Position numbers and translations under genes: made by a program | From: Acidiferrobacter sp. | GTDB taxonomy: Bacteria > Pseudomonadota > Gammaproteobacteria > Acidiferrobacterales > Acidiferrobacteraceae | Direction: 5' to 3' | DNA length: 64,000 bases | NCBI GenBank assembly: GCA_027449165.1 | Contig: DAIDMD010000050.1 | Location: 2,792 to 66,791 of the forward strand | Notes under the pieces: model-generated | Databases searched by the model: none | The model's input: the letters and a program-made list of their open reading frames with translations, nothing else | What the model was told of the DNA's origin: nothing | In this document: one piece after another, positions 20,929 through 32,241 of the stretch | How the letters are laid out: every line of letters begins with the position of its first letter | How positions within the stretch are numbered: the first letter of the stretch is position 1

Positions 20929-22620
20929 ATGATCTTGGGGTCTTTGGGGGTTTGGGTGCCGGTCTTACCGGCGGCCTCGGCGCTGGTAATCCTGGCGTTC
21001 TTGCGCCGGGCCCGGCGGCCGGCGGCGCGGGTGAGCGTTGCGACCCTGGTCCTGACGCTCGCCCTCGCTTTGGCGCTGCTCGTCCGTTATCTCATGGAAG
21101 GCGGCGTCGCGGCCGTGGATTCGGGGGGGATCTTCGGGAGTCTTTGGCTCGATCCCTTGAGTCTCGTGCTCTGGGCCTTCGTGTCGGGCATCAGTCTCAT
21201 CGTGCACATCTATTCCGTGCGCTACATGGCCGAGGAGCCGGGCTATGCGCGGTTTTTCGCGCTCCTCGACCTCATGACCGCGGTGATCCTGGTCATGGTC
21301 TCGGCCGCCAATCTGTTGACCCTGCTTGCGGCCTGGTTTTTGGTCGGCGTTCTCTTGTACTTCCTTCTGGGCCACGACCACAGGCGGCCGGCGGCCGGAC
21401 GGTACGCGTTCTGGACCCAAATCACCTATCGCTTCGGCGACCTGCCTCTCTGGTTCGCGGCCCTGATCCTGGTCCACTATTACCACAGCACGTCGCTGCC
21501 GGTGATCTTTGCGCGCATTCAGCACGGGCCTCCCGCGCTGCTCTGGGGTCTGCCGGTCACCGAGCTTGCCGGATTCCTGCTGGCACTGGCGGCCTTCGCC
21601 CGCTCGGCGCAGTTTCCTCTGCATGTGTGGCTTCCCTACACCATGGACGGCCCGACCCCGGTCTCGGCGCTGATGCACGCGGGCATCGTCAATGCCGGCG
21701 GCTTCCTCTTCAACCGCTTCGCGCCGTTGTTCGTGCACGCCGGCTGGGTCCTGCACTGGGCGTTCGGGGTCGGGCTTACGACCGCGCTGATCGGTTCGGG
21801 ATTGATGCTCATGCAAAACGACATCAAGCGCTCGCTCGGTTACTCGACCATGGGGCAGATGGGCTTTATGGTCATGGAGTGCGGCCTGGGCGCCTTTTCG
21901 CTCGCGGTCTTTCATCTCATCGCCCATGGCTTCTTCAAGGCCTCGCTCTTTCTCGGGTCGGGCGATGTCATAGGCGACGCCCGCGCGCACGACGGGGTGC
22001 CGCCCGATCCCATCTATACCTCGGTCGTGGAGCGGCGGCCGGCCAAGCCCTCGCGCCTGCCGTGTCTCGTGGCGGCGAGCCTGACCGTGGTGGTGCCGAT
22101 CGTGGTCTTGAGCCTCTCGCATTTTTTCGTGGCCGAGCATCTCTTTTATGAACAAGGGGTCGTTGTGCTGCTGTTCTTCGGCTGGGTCACCGGCGCCCAG
22201 GCGCTGTTTGCCGCCCACAAGATGTCCCAGCAGGATCCCTGGCGGCTCATGATCGGCATCCTGGCCTCGTTCGTGGTCATCGTGATCGGCTATACGCTGA
22301 TCAGCCATTATTTCGGGCGGTTTCTCTATCCGGACGAACACGAGAGTCTGATGCTCTATAGGGCGGCCAGTATCCACGAGCTGTCGTTCGATGCGCTCGT
22401 GCTGTTTCTGGCGGCGGTGTTCGTGGGCGGATGGACGCTCACCTTCTTTACGGACTCGTTCGAGCTGGGGCGCAATCTCGGCGGGGCTTGGCGCGGGGTG
22501 TATCTAGGGCTCTACGCCCTTTTGTCGCGCGAGCTGTATGTCGCCGACGTCTATGAACGCATAAGCCAGATCCTCCTGCAGTGGTCGCGCCGGCTCAACG
22601 TCTGGCTTGGGTGGTGCTGA
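20929..22620 (+). CDS. dabB: DAB inorganic-carbon pump membrane subunit (NuoL/MrpA-like)
   Basis: RSAQFPLHVWLP, PTPVSALMHAG, YSTMGQMGF, HGFFKA; upstream of DUF2309 gene. Confidence 0.9.
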   Translation: MILGSLGVWVPVLPAASALVILAFLRRARRPAARVSVATLVLTLALALALLVRYLMEGGVAAVDSGGIFGSLWLDPLSLVLWAFVSGISLIVHIYSVRYMAEEPGYARFFALLDLMTAVILVMVSAANLLTLLAAWFLVGVLLYFLLGHDHRRPAAGRYAFWTQITYRFGDLPLWFAALILVHYYHSTSLPVIFARIQHGPPALLWGLPVTELAGFLLALAAFARSAQFPLHVWLPYTMDGPTPVSALMHAGIVNAGGFLFNRFAPLFVHAGWVLHWAFGVGLTTALIGSGLMLMQNDIKRSLGYSTMGQMGFMVMECGLGAFSLAVFHLIAHGFFKASLFLGSGDVIGDARAHDGVPPDPIYTSVVERRPAKPSRLPCLVAASLTVVVPIVVLSLSHFFVAEHLFYEQGVVVLLFFGWVTGAQALFAAHKMSQQDPWRLMIGILASFVVIVIGYTLISHYFGRFLYPDEHESLMLYRAASIHELSFDALVLFLAAVFVGGWTLTFFTDSFELGRNLGGAWRGVYLGLYALLSRELYVADVYERISQILLQWSRRLNVWLGWC

Positions 22621-22621
22621 T

Positions 22622-23389
22622 ATGAGCCTGTCGCTGTGCCTGCTTGCCGCCTCTGTGCTGCCGCTGTTTCCGTTGGGCTGGGTCTTCAACCGGCTCGTCG
22701 CGAGCCTCCCGGCCGGCATCGCGCAGGGGCTTGCGGCACTCATCCTTCCGCAGTTGGGGATCGCGCTCCTGGGCCTCGTCCCGCCATCCTCGACATGGCC
22801 GGTTTCCTGGCGGTACGGGGCGATGGCCTGGGCGACCGGCTCGGCACTGCTCTATGCGCTGCGCGCCTTGAGCGCCCGCGATCTCGGCATCTGGACGCGA
22901 CTCATGCTGAGTTCCGGGCTCGGGGTGGTATGGCTGGGATGGTGCGCGGGGGCGCCGGCCGCGGTCTTGCGCGCGGTGGCGGTCGGCTGGAGCCTGCCGG
23001 GTGCCGTGGCGTTGTTTTTGGCCGGGGTTCTGGTGCGGCGCGTGGGCGGGGCCTACATCGGGCTTCAGGGCGGATTGGCCACCGTGATGCCGCGCATGAC
23101 CGCAAGCCTGGTCCTCGCCGCCCTGGCGTTGACCGCGACGCCGGTGTTTCCGGCCTTCTTCGCGCTCTGGAGGGGGCTTGGATCGATCCCGCTCGCGTTT
23201 GTGCCGTTTTGGCTGCCGCTCATCTTTCTCTGGGGATGGGCCGCCGGACGGCTCTTTCAGGACCTGCTCTTTGGCGACTACCGCGGCGAGCGGGTGGCCG
23301 ACATCGGGCGGCCGAGCGCTGCGCTGATCGGTCTTGTGCTGCTCGCCGCGGTGGTTCTGGGATTCCACAGGGGAGGGGTCACCCTATGA
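22622..23389 (+). CDS. Additional multi-pass membrane protein of the DAB operon (antiporter-subunit fragment-like)
   Basis: Very hydrophobic, GGLATVMPR and ATPVFPAF resemble NuoM/MrpD C-terminal helices; tightly coupled to neighbours. Confidence 0.72.
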   Translation: MSLSLCLLAASVLPLFPLGWVFNRLVASLPAGIAQGLAALILPQLGIALLGLVPPSSTWPVSWRYGAMAWATGSALLYALRALSARDLGIWTRLMLSSGLGVVWLGWCAGAPAAVLRAVAVGWSLPGAVALFLAGVLVRRVGGAYIGLQGGLATVMPRMTASLVLAALALTATPVFPAFFALWRGLGSIPLAFVPFWLPLIFLWGWAAGRLFQDLLFGDYRGERVADIGRPSAALIGLVLLAAVVLGFHRGGVTL

Positions 23390-26300
23390 CTCTCACTCTG
23401 GGCGATCGCCTCAAGGTGCGTTCCATGGTCTACGTGGCGAGCGAGCCGATACCCCGGTTCTGGCCTATGCGGACCTTCATCCACCACAACCCGCTCTACG
23501 GGCTCGAGCACCGGCCGTTCGTCGAGGCGGTCGCGGAAGGCAGCCGGTTGTTCCATGCCCGCGGTTATCTGGACCGCGGGCAATATCAGGAGTATCGGCG
23601 GGAGGGCCGGATCGATGATGCCCTCTTGCGGCGGCGGATTCGCGAGTTCCTCGCGGCGCGCGCCGGTCTTCCGTCGGAGCTCGATCTGGAGGCCTGGCTC
23701 TGGCATCTGGCAACGGCCTGCCGCCGGCCGAGGGTCGTGGAGGCGGGCGATTGGGTAAGCGGCGCGGGGATCGCGGCGGTCTGGCGGGGGCAGCCGGCGC
23801 CCCCGCCAGAGGGCGATCTGGACGCGGCGCTGCGCGCGGCCTTGGGCCGCCGTTGCGCCCCCGAATCGCCGGTGTACGCGCACGTGGACGCGCTCTTCGG
23901 CACTACCCTGGGCGCGACCTTGGACGATCTGCTGAGCAAGAGCTGCCTCGATTTCTTCGACGAGGGCCAGTCGGCCTGGCAGGCGCCGGGTCGTGAGGCG
24001 GGATTCTTCCGGGCCTGGAAGGCGATCGCGCGCCGCAATGCCCGCTTCCTCCTGCGCGGTTTGCACCTGCGCCAGGTCTTGGCCGAAGAGGAGACCGCCG
24101 AGGGCATGGTCGCCTACGTTTTGCGGCGGCTCGAGGTCCCGGAGGCGGTCTGGCAGGATTACATCACCCGCGAACTCACGCGTATGCACGGCTGGGCCGG
24201 GTTCATCCGTTATCGGATGGGCGCCAAGCATTATTATTGGGCCCAGCGTTATCCCGCCGATCTCGTCGATTTTCTGGCGGTCCGCATGGTGCTCGGGTTC
24301 GCGCTCCTCCAGGAGGGTCGCCGACATCACGGCACGCCGGCCTCGGCGAGCGAGATCCTGGCCTTACTGGATGGGAAGCCCCGGCAGGCCTATCTGCGCC
24401 ACGAACTCTACGGCGGCACGATCCTTCCGGCCTGGGCGCATAGGGTTGACAACGCCCTGGCGCGCGGCCGCCCGGAGGCGATCGCGCGGATCGCCTCGGC
24501 CTACGTCGCGGCCCGGACCGACTGGGAGAACCGGCGGACCGCAGAGGCGCTGCGCGCGCTCGCCCAGGCCGTGGGCGCAACCGAGGAGGCGGCGCTCGCC
24601 GATCTTGCCCCGGGGCAGACGGACGCCTTGCTGTCGGTGCTGCGGGATTGGGAGGATGGCGAGGGTCAGGTGTGGCTCGAGGCCATGGAATCCCGGTGCA
24701 TCGACGAGCTCGTCGCCAAGATCCGGCCGCCCGCAAGCGGGGAGCCTGGGGCGAAGCGCCCGTTCGCGCAGGCCCTGTTTTGCATCGACGTGCGTTCCGA
24801 GCGCATGCGCCGGCATCTCGAGGCGTTGGGCGACTATCAAACCTTTGGGATCGCCGGGTTCTTCGGGATCCCGCTCGGCTACCTGGAGTTCGGCAAGGGC
24901 AGCGAGGCGCATCTGTGCCCCGCGGTGCAGACCCCGAAGAACCTCGTTCTCGAGATACCCGCCGGGCTTGATTTCGAGGAAGAGCCGCTCTACGACGCCC
25001 TCGAGCATGTCTTGCACGAGCTCAAGGCCTCGGTGCTTTCGCCGTTCGTGGCGGTCGAGGCCGTGGGTCTGCTCTTTAGCCTGGGCCTCGTCGGGCGCAC
25101 GCTCGCCCCTCTGGGCTACCATCGTTGGCGCACGCGGCTGCATGCCGGCAAGCCGGTCACCCGCCTGCTGCTCGACAAACTGAGTCCCGAGCAGGCCGAC
25201 TCCGTGATACGCGCGGTGCAGCGGGCGATGATCGTGCGCGCTCTGGCGCGCGAGCTGCGCATTCCGCGCGACCAGGTCACCGACGACGACGTCCGCAATC
25301 TGCGGGAGATCGCGCTCGGCAACGAGCCGGGGCCAAGTCGGCTTGCCCAGAGATTGGGTATGACGGAGGCCGCGGAACGCGAGTTCCTCGACAAGCTGCG
25401 CAGCGTTTATCGTATCGATCAAGGCGTGACGAGCCTGCAGATGGGGCGGCTCGGGCGCATCGGCTTTAGCGTCGAGGAACAGGTCCGGTATGTGACGCAG
25501 GCGCTGCTCTCGATCGGCGCGGACCGCAATTTCTCGCGCTTCGTGCTGCTGGTCGCGCATATGAGCCAGAGCGAGAACAACCCCTATGAGTCGGCGCTGG
25601 ACTGCGGGGCGTGTGGGGGCGGCAAGGGTCTGCCGAACGCCCGGGCGCTCGCTGGTATGGCCAACAAGCCGGAGGTGCGCCGGCGCCTGCGCGAGCGCGG
25701 CATCGTGATCCCCGAGGACACGTGGTTCCTGCCGGCTATCCACAACACCACCACGGACGTGATTGAGCTGCACGATCTCGATCTTCTCCCGGCGCGGCAC
25801 CTGCTCTATCTGGAACGGCTGCGCAGCGGGCTCAGTGCCGCCGGGCGGTGTTGCGCGGCGGAACGGATGCCGCTTCTGGGCGCCGCGCCGCGATTGGCGG
25901 CCGATCCGTTCGCGGCTGCGGCGCTTGCCCAGCGCCAGGCCCACGACTGGTCGCAGGTGCGGCCGGAATGGGGGCTTGCGCGCAACGCCTACGCCATCGT
26001 CGCCCGGCGCGCCCTCACCGAAGGGGTCGACCTGCAGGGCCGGGCCTTCTTGCAGTCCTACGACTACCGCCTGGATCCCAAGGGCCGCCTGCTGGAGAAC
26101 ATCCTTACGGGTCCGCTGGTGGTCGGTGAGTGGATCAACCTGGAGCACTATTTCTCGGTGGTCGATACCGAGAGCTACGGCAGCGGCAGCAAGGTCTACC
26201 ACAACGTGGCCGGACGCTTTGCGGTGATGACCGGCAATCAGAGCGATCTGCGTACCGGTCTGCCGGCCCAGACCGTTCTCAAGGACGGCCGGCCGTATCA

Positions 26301-26541
26301 CGAACCGGTGCGGCTCATCGCCTTGGTTGAGGCGCCCCTGGAGTTCGCCCGGCGCACGGTCGGGCGTATCGCCAAGGTCCAGGCCTTGATCGGTGGCGGC
26401 TGGGTACGGCTTTTGGTCCTGGATCCCGAAGACGATTATCGCGTGCACGTCCTGGAAGACGGCGGCTTTCGCGTCCATCCGCGCTCGGGGCGCGGCGGGC
26501 ACGCGCCATCCAAGAACCCCGTCCTGGAGGCCTCCTCATGA
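23386..26541 (+). CDS. dabA: DAB soluble beta-CA-like subunit (DUF2309), 1051 aa
   Basis: [16 protein letters not shown]...[28 protein letters not shown]. Confidence 0.93.
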   Translation: MTLTLGDRLKVRSMVYVASEPIPRFWPMRTFIHHNPLYGLEHRPFVEAVAEGSRLFHARGYLDRGQYQEYRREGRIDDALLRRRIREFLAARAGLPSELDLEAWLWHLATACRRPRVVEAGDWVSGAGIAAVWRGQPAPPPEGDLDAALRAALGRRCAPESPVYAHVDALFGTTLGATLDDLLSKSCLDFFDEGQSAWQAPGREAGFFRAWKAIARRNARFLLRGLHLRQVLAEEETAEGMVAYVLRRLEVPEAVWQDYITRELTRMHGWAGFIRYRMGAKHYYWAQRYPADLVDFLAVRMVLGFALLQEGRRHHGTPASASEILALLDGKPRQAYLRHELYGGTILPAWAHRVDNALARGRPEAIARIASAYVAARTDWENRRTAEALRALAQAVGATEEAALADLAPGQTDALLSVLRDWEDGEGQVWLEAMESRCIDELVAKIRPPASGEPGAKRPFAQALFCIDVRSERMRRHLEALGDYQTFGIAGFFGIPLGYLEFGKGSEAHLCPAVQTPKNLVLEIPAGLDFEEEPLYDALEHVLHELKASVLSPFVAVEAVGLLFSLGLVGRTLAPLGYHRWRTRLHAGKPVTRLLLDKLSPEQADSVIRAVQRAMIVRALARELRIPRDQVTDDDVRNLREIALGNEPGPSRLAQRLGMTEAAEREFLDKLRSVYRIDQGVTSLQMGRLGRIGFSVEEQVRYVTQALLSIGADRNFSRFVLLVAHMSQSENNPYESALDCGACGGGKGLPNARALAGMANKPEVRRRLRERGIVIPEDTWFLPAIHNTTTDVIELHDLDLLPARHLLYLERLRSGLSAAGRCCAAERMPLLGAAPRLAADPFAAAALAQRQAHDWSQVRPEWGLARNAYAIVARRALTEGVDLQGRAFLQSYDYRLDPKGRLLENILTGPLVVGEWINLEHYFSVVDTESYGSGSKVYHNVAGRFAVMTGNQSDLRTGLPAQTVLKDGRPYHEPVRLIALVEAPLEFARRTVGRIAKVQALIGGGWVRLLVLDPEDDYRVHVLEDGGFRVHPRSGRGGHAPSKNPVLEASS

Positions 26542-26864
26542 AATCCCTGAACCTCAGTCCCTTGAAGAAACTCGAGATCATTCTCGAGGGCGTCCACAAG
26601 GACTTCGCGACCGATCTGCTCGATCGTGCGGGCCTGAAGGGCTACACCATCGTCGGCAATCTCTCGGGCAAGGGCAGCCACGGGATGTACGAAGGCCACG
26701 TCATGTTCAACGAAGACGACGCCCTCATCATGATCATCGCCGCCGTCGGCGAGGAACTGGTCGCGCCCATCCTCGAGGGGTTCGCTCCGTTCTTCGAACG
26801 TCACACGGGGGTGGTTTTCGTCTCGGATATCCAAGTCAGCCGCCTGGTGAAGTTCAAGAGCTGA
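26538..26864 (+). CDS. PII-like (SbtB-like) signalling protein
   Basis: [32 protein letters not shown]. Confidence 0.83.
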   Translation: MKSLNLSPLKKLEIILEGVHKDFATDLLDRAGLKGYTIVGNLSGKGSHGMYEGHVMFNEDDALIMIIAAVGEELVAPILEGFAPFFERHTGVVFVSDIQVSRLVKFKS

Positions 26865-26899
26865 CGGCGCCCTGTCTTCGACTCAATTGCGAGGTCTCT

Positions 26900-27703
26900 A
26901 TGTCCGATCTGGAAAAGCAATATCGCATCGAAAAGGAACCCTACTACAAGGAGGTCGCGGGGGAGATCGCCCTGTTCGAGGCCGCCTACGGCGCGCGCCT
27001 ACCGATGATGGTCAAGGGTCCCACGGGCTGCGGCAAGTCGCGCTTCATCGAGTACATGGCCTGGCGTCTCAAGCGCCCGCTGATCAGCGTCGCCTGCAAC
27101 GAGGACATGACCGCATCGGATCTGGTGGGGCGGTTCTTGCTCGACAAGGACGGCACCAAGTGGCAGGACGGGCCGCTCACCACCGCCGCGCGCATCGGCG
27201 CGATCTGCTATCTGGACGAGGTGGTCGAGGCGCGCCAGGACACCACGGTGGTCATCCACCCGTTGACCGACCACAGGCGCAGTCTGCCGTTGGACAAAAA
27301 GGGCGAGCTGATCCATGCGCACCCCGATTTCCAGCTGGTGATTTCGTATAACCCCGGTTACCAGTCGGCCATGAAGGACCTAAAGCAGTCCACCAAGCAA
27401 CGCTTCGGGGCCCTGGACTTCAACTACCCCGATCGTGAGATCGAGATCGAGATCGTCTCCCACGAGTCCGGGGTCTCCGCCGATGTGGCGGGTAAGCTCG
27501 TGTCGGTCGCCGAACGATCGCGCAATCTGAAAGGCCACGGCCTAGACGAGGGCCTCTCCACGCGCATGCTGATCTACGCCGGATCCTTGATGAAAAAGGG
27601 CGTCGACGCGATCGCCGCCTGCAGCGTCGCCTTGGTGCGGCCGATGACCGACGACCCGGACATGCGCGACGCCCTGGACGCGGCCGTGGGGACGTTCTTC
27701 TGA
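26900..27703 (+). CDS. cbbQ: RubisCO activase AAA+ ATPase CbbQ
   Basis: [35 protein letters not shown]. Confidence 0.96.
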   Translation: MSDLEKQYRIEKEPYYKEVAGEIALFEAAYGARLPMMVKGPTGCGKSRFIEYMAWRLKRPLISVACNEDMTASDLVGRFLLDKDGTKWQDGPLTTAARIGAICYLDEVVEARQDTTVVIHPLTDHRRSLPLDKKGELIHAHPDFQLVISYNPGYQSAMKDLKQSTKQRFGALDFNYPDREIEIEIVSHESGVSADVAGKLVSVAERSRNLKGHGLDEGLSTRMLIYAGSLMKKGVDAIAACSVALVRPMTDDPDMRDALDAAVGTFF

Positions 27704-27862
27704 CGCGGCCCAAGCGGCGCGCGACCACCCGCGGGGCCCGCGCGTCCGGCACCCCGGGGGCGGTTTTCCGGGAAGCGGCGCCGGCTGGGGGCGTCGCCCC
27801 GGGTGTGGGTCCGCCGCGAAGGCCGGTCCTTGGGGCAATATTATGATTTTTGTGGTTGATCG

Positions 27863-28477
27863 ATGATTCAGCTTCGCACCTACGTCTATATCGATTCGCT
27901 CCAGCCGCAGCTTGCGGCCTACATCGGGAGCGTCTCCCAGGGCTTTCTGCCGGTGCCGGGCGATGCCGCGCTGTGGGTCGAGGTCTCGCCGGGGATGGCG
28001 GTCCATAGGCTCACCGATATCGCCTTGAAGGCCACGAGGGTGCATCTCTCGCAGCTCGTCATCGAGCGCGAGTTCGGGGCCATGGTCATCCACCACCGCG
28101 ACCAGAGCGACGTCCGCGAGGCCGGGCAGGCGGTGTTGGCCCGGCTGGGGGCCGGGCAAGAGGACCGCAGGGCCTGCCGGATCACCTGGAGGGAGGTCAT
28201 CCGCGGCATGATGCCCGACCATACCGTGCTCATCAATCGGCAAAACCGCCGCGGCTCGATGATCCTGCCCGAGCAGAGCATGTTTATCCTGGAGACCGAG
28301 CCTGCCGGATACATCATCTATGCCGCCAATCAGGCGGAAAAGGCCGCCCACATCACCTTGGTGGACGTGCGCGCGGTGGGCGCCTATGGGCGCATGATCA
28401 TCGCCGGGCGCGAGGCGGACGTCGATGAGGCGGCCGCGGCTGCGATTCACGCCGTGCAGAACCCGTCCTGGACCTGA
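27863..28477 (+). CDS. csoS1D: Trimeric tandem-BMC shell protein CsoS1D
   Basis: [39 protein letters not shown]. Confidence 0.93.
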   Translation: MIQLRTYVYIDSLQPQLAAYIGSVSQGFLPVPGDAALWVEVSPGMAVHRLTDIALKATRVHLSQLVIEREFGAMVIHHRDQSDVREAGQAVLARLGAGQEDRRACRITWREVIRGMMPDHTVLINRQNRRGSMILPEQSMFILETEPAGYIIYAANQAEKAAHITLVDVRAVGAYGRMIIAGREADVDEAAAAAIHAVQNPSWT

Positions 28478-28480
28478 GGC

Positions 28481-29044
28481 ATGGATCGTCACGAACTGCA
28501 GAACGCGCTCTGCCGTTACCGCGGCCGCTTTCCGGAGGAGGGGGCCTATGCGCGGCGGGCCTGCCGCCTGCTGAGGGAGTCGCCCCGGTGTTTTTCCCGG
28601 GACTCCGAGGGCCTGCATGTCACCGCCTCCACCTGGGTGTTGAACCCGCGCGGCGACGCCACCTTGCTCATGCTGCACCGAAAGCTCGGGCAGTGGTTTC
28701 AGCCGGGTGGGCACGCCGATGATGACGAGGACGTCGTTCGCGTGGCCCTCAAGGAATGCAGCGAGGAGACGGCCGTGGCGCTCGAGCGCATCCGGCTTCT
28801 GAGCCGCGAGATCTTCGATATCGATATCCACAGGATCCCGGCCACGCACTGGGAGCCGGAACACGAACACCTGGATATCCGGTTCATAGTCGAGATCGAC
28901 GACACCCTGCCGCTTCTCGGAAACGACGAGTCCCACGAACTGCGCTGGGTGGCGCTGCGCGATGTGCCGCGCTACAACCGGGGACGCTCCATCCACCGGC
29001 TGATCGTCAAGAGCCGGGCATGGAGCCGGCCCGTAAGGCCCTAG
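28481..29044 (+). CDS. Nudix hydrolase
   Basis: HVTASTWV, HRKLG.W.QPGGHAD, ALKECSEET. Confidence 0.88.
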   Translation: MDRHELQNALCRYRGRFPEEGAYARRACRLLRESPRCFSRDSEGLHVTASTWVLNPRGDATLLMLHRKLGQWFQPGGHADDDEDVVRVALKECSEETAVALERIRLLSREIFDIDIHRIPATHWEPEHEHLDIRFIVEIDDTLPLLGNDESHELRWVALRDVPRYNRGRSIHRLIVKSRAWSRPVRP

Positions 29045-29210
29045 CCGGCGGATCAGGCGCGCCAGCGCCGTCTGGTAGGCAGCCGGGTCCGGGTGCCCGG
29101 CGCGGCCGAGCGTCCCGTGAGGTATTGCGGTTAGAATGGGTGCCGAGCAGGCCGCGGGACGGCCGATGTCGGGCGCGGCGGGGGGCTGAGAGGCACGGAG
29201 GAGGTATCTT

Positions 29211-30074
29211 ATGGCGACGCAAGGCGCGAGCGCAGTCCGGCAGTCGCGGAAGATCGAACAATCGGTTGAGGGCCAGGTGACGACAGATGGCGCCGGGGTC
29301 CGGCTGACGCGGCTTCTTACACAGAGGCTTCAGAGGCGCCTCGATCCCTTTTTGATGCTCGACCTTTTCGGTAGCGACCGGGCCGACGACTATTTGGCGG
29401 GCTTTCCCGACCATCCACACCGCGGTTTCGAGACCATAACCTATATGCTCGAGGGCCGCATGCGCCACAAGGACAATGCCGGCCACGAGGGCCTGCTCGA
29501 GACCGGCGGCATGCAGTGGATGGTGGCGGGAAGGGGCGTGGTGCATTCGGAGATGCCCGAACAGAAGGCTGGGCGCATGGCCGGTTTCCAGTTATGGCTG
29601 AACCTGCCGTCGCGCGACAAGATGACGGCGCCCTGGTACCGCGACTTCGCCGCGCCGGATCTCCCGCGGGTCGACAGCGACGGTGCGGCCGCGGTGGTCC
29701 TCGCCGGTAGCTCCCATGGTGTGGCGGGCGCAATAAAGCGTCCGGTGACCGAGCCGCTCATTCTGGATCTGCGGATCCCCGCGGGCGGGCAGTGGCAGGA
29801 GCCGCTTCCCGCCGGCTATCATGCGTTTGCCGTGCTCTATGCCGGGCGGGCGGCCGTCGGCAAAGACGCGCTCGAGGTCGGGAGACTTGCGGTGCTCGAT
29901 CATGACCCGTCGGCAGACGGCGTGATCGTCACGGCGCAGGAGCCGGCGCGCATCTTCCTTGTGGCGGGCCGGCCTCTGGGCGAGCCTATCGTGCAATACG
30001 GCCCCTTCGTGATGAATACCCGCGAGGAGATCGAGGCGACGGTGCGGGACTTGCGCGAGGGGCGGTTCGGCTGA
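29211..30074 (+). CDS. Pirin-family protein
   Basis: DPFLMLD, HPHRGFETITY, HSEMP, YGPFVMNT. Confidence 0.95.
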   Translation: MATQGASAVRQSRKIEQSVEGQVTTDGAGVRLTRLLTQRLQRRLDPFLMLDLFGSDRADDYLAGFPDHPHRGFETITYMLEGRMRHKDNAGHEGLLETGGMQWMVAGRGVVHSEMPEQKAGRMAGFQLWLNLPSRDKMTAPWYRDFAAPDLPRVDSDGAAAVVLAGSSHGVAGAIKRPVTEPLILDLRIPAGGQWQEPLPAGYHAFAVLYAGRAAVGKDALEVGRLAVLDHDPSADGVIVTAQEPARIFLVAGRPLGEPIVQYGPFVMNTREEIEATVRDLREGRFG

Positions 30075-30304
30075 CGGCGCCCCCAATCCGAAAAGAAGGC
30101 GGCCGGGCGGCCCCATCCTTTCGGCGTTCTCGGGGCTTGGGGGCTTTTTCGGCGGGAGGCGACGGGGACCACGGCCCGGCGTGATGTGCTGGAAAGGGGG
30201 CCTTCTTCAGGCGACGGATGCCGCCCGGCGGCAAGGCCCGCATCCATCCCGCGGCCGGTGCCGGCACCGCGCGGGAGGGGCGGAGTTTTTTTGGAGTAAG
30301 GTCC

Positions 30305-30332
30305 TTGCCGTCTGCTAAAAAGGTTTTATACT
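30305..30332 (+). promoter_or_regulatory. sigma70 promoter of tRNA-Lys
   Basis: TTGCCG-16-TATACT followed by a GC-rich discriminator. Confidence 0.7.
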
Positions 30333-30345
30333 GCGCGGGTCGCAT

Positions 30346-30421
30346 GGGCCGTTAGCTCAGTTGGTAGAGCAGCTGACTCTTAATCAGGTGGTCCCAGGTT
30401 CGAGCCCTGGACGGCCCACCA
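30346..30421 (+). tRNA. tRNA-Lys (CTT)
   Basis: GGGCCGT acceptor, TAGCTCAGTTGGTAGAGC D-arm, CTGACTCTTAATCAG anticodon arm, GGTTCGAG, ends CCA. Confidence 0.97.
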
Positions 30422-30465
30422 ATAAAAGCACGGACTTCTCTCCGCCCCTCCTTCTAGTCATTAAG

Positions 30466-31216
30466 TTGCCCCGAAGTTGCCCCGAACGGAATACGTTTTC
30501 CCGTAGCCTTTCAAGGCGTTGTGAGAGCATCGGTGTTCCGCGCCCTGCCTACATGGCGAGGGTATCGATCAGATCCATCGCGCGCCGCTGGAGCGGGTTC
30601 GATTGGGTGGTCACGGTAAAGGTCGGGGCATCGGCTTCAGCGGAGGTGCGGCAGGTGTTGCGCACGATCGTGGCGAGCTCTGTGAGGAGTGTCGGGAAGC
30701 TGTGGATGGGCGTGCCGTCTGCGTGGCATCGCCGCGCGACCTTCGCTTTGGCCGCAGCCGAGCGTTCGGCCGGCGCCACCGGGTCGCGGGCGGCCTTGGC
30801 CGCCTGGTCCTCGTCGGCAAAGAGCAGTTCGCGCCAAGCCTCCTTCAGGTGCCACTCGACATAGTAGGCGAGCATACAGAGAAAGATATGGGCGCGGACT
30901 CTGTCGCTCAAGCGATGGTGGATGGGCCGGACCTTGAGGTCCACGGTCTTTAGGGAGCGAAACGCCCGCTCGACCTGCGAGAGCGATTTGTAATGGCGCA
31001 CGCAGCTTTCCGCATCGAGGGGGCGACCCGCGATTGGGCACGACATCGATATGCATGGCTGCGTTATGCACATCGTTCGCCAATATACAAGCATTGCACA
31101 CAACATTACATGGCTACATTCTCCTCGGCAAAATCGGGGCGCCAAACTCCTTACCACTTCCCTTTGTTCAGGTCTTACCAACGAGAGAAGGGAAAGTCCG
31201 GAGAACTTCGGGATAA
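30466..31216 (-). mobile_element. Internally deleted IS1634-family element
   Basis: N-terminal MHIDVVPNRGSPP (ATG 31056) abuts the C-terminal part YKSLSQVERAFRSLKTVDLKVRP...RVRAHIFLCMLAYY; imperfect terminal inverted repeats 30466-79 and 31203-16. Confidence 0.85.
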
Positions 31217-31515
31217 AACCCCAACCAAATTAAAAATCGGGGCCGCGCCGTCCAGCTGCAAGTGAAATCGAATGCACAACTTAAACTCAATGCATTATTG
31301 TCGTGACACAGGGGTCCGCTTTATCTTGCGTGGCTGCCGCTTGTCATGGCAAGCATTGTGCCCCACAATACTCAATAGTAATCAGCGATAGTTGGGCCGC
31401 GGTGGCAGCAGTGAATGACCGCAGGGCGCGCTTTCGCGCGGATGAAAGAGGCCAGCTGCTGAGGTTTGCCGCAGAAGATAAAGACACGACAACTGAAGCG
31501 GTAAAGGAGCATGGT

Positions 31516-31830
31516 ATGACAACTGAAACACAACGAGCAGCGCGGGACCGTCTTATCGAGGATTTTAAACAGGTGATCGGCGACGCCGAGGAACTTCTTA
31601 AGATCACCGCCAATGAAACCGGCGGCAAGATCGGCGCAGTGCGGGCGCGCGCTGAGGAAAATCTGCGGGAGGTGCGGCGCAAGCTTGAGGCGATGGAAAG
31701 CGACCTCATAAGCCAGACTCGGGCAGCGGCCTCGGCGGCCGATCAGTTTGTTCGCCAAAACCCTTGGCAGGCCATTGCCGTCGCGGCGGCTGCCGGATTG
31801 TTACTCGGCATGCTAAGGGGCCGGCGTTAG
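31516..31830 (+). CDS. ElaB/YqjD (DUF883) membrane-anchored ribosome-binding protein
   Basis: DAEELLK, DQFVRQNPWQAIAVAAAAGLLLG. Confidence 0.9.
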   Translation: MTTETQRAARDRLIEDFKQVIGDAEELLKITANETGGKIGAVRARAEENLREVRRKLEAMESDLISQTRAAASAADQFVRQNPWQAIAVAAAAGLLLGMLRGRR

Positions 31831-31834
31831 GCAC

Positions 31835-32239
31835 GTGGCACACGACAATAGCGGGACGGCATCGACGCCCGGCCGCATTATGGGTTTCCTAGCCGGGGTG
31901 AAGCGGTTGCTTGCCGCGTTTGTCGAGGTACTACACACACGTCTAGAACTGTTGTCTACGGAACTGGAGGAGGAAGTTGCGTGGGCGTGGGAGCTTCTGG
32001 TTTATGGGGTCGTGTCGTTGTTGTTTCTTGGACTGGGACTGCTGGTGGTGACGTTATTTGCCGTCGTGGCATTCTGGAATACCCACCGTCTGGCTGTATT
32101 GGCCGCGTTTTCAGTCTTTTATTTGGCTATTAGTGTTATCGCGGCTTTGGTCGTGCGCCACAAGCTTAAGACTCGTCCGCGGTTTTTTTCCGCGACACTG
32201 TCGGAGCTGGGCAAAGACCGCGAACACCTGACCCGCTGA
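31835..32239 (+). CDS. YqjE-like (phage holin family) membrane protein
   Basis: TRLELLSTELEEE, two TM helices, FFSATLSEL.KDRE. Confidence 0.88.
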   Translation: MAHDNSGTASTPGRIMGFLAGVKRLLAAFVEVLHTRLELLSTELEEEVAWAWELLVYGVVSLLFLGLGLLVVTLFAVVAFWNTHRLAVLAAFSVFYLAISVIAALVVRHKLKTRPRFFSATLSELGKDREHLTR

Positions 32240-32241
32240 GC

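Noticed and set aside
20929-22620. Call as respiratory complex I NuoL
   Set aside because: No other nuo genes; adjacent DUF2309 gene and carboxysome context indicate DabB
22636-23385. 250-aa N-terminal extension of DabA in the ORF track (likewise extensions of cbbQ, yeaH, srkA and sigma)
   Set aside because: They overlap upstream genes in another frame; downstream ATGs with RBS or stop overlap fit family N-termini
31835-32239. Holin-family protein as evidence of a prophage
   Set aside because: Part of the common bacterial elaB-yqjE-yqjK trio; no phage genes nearby
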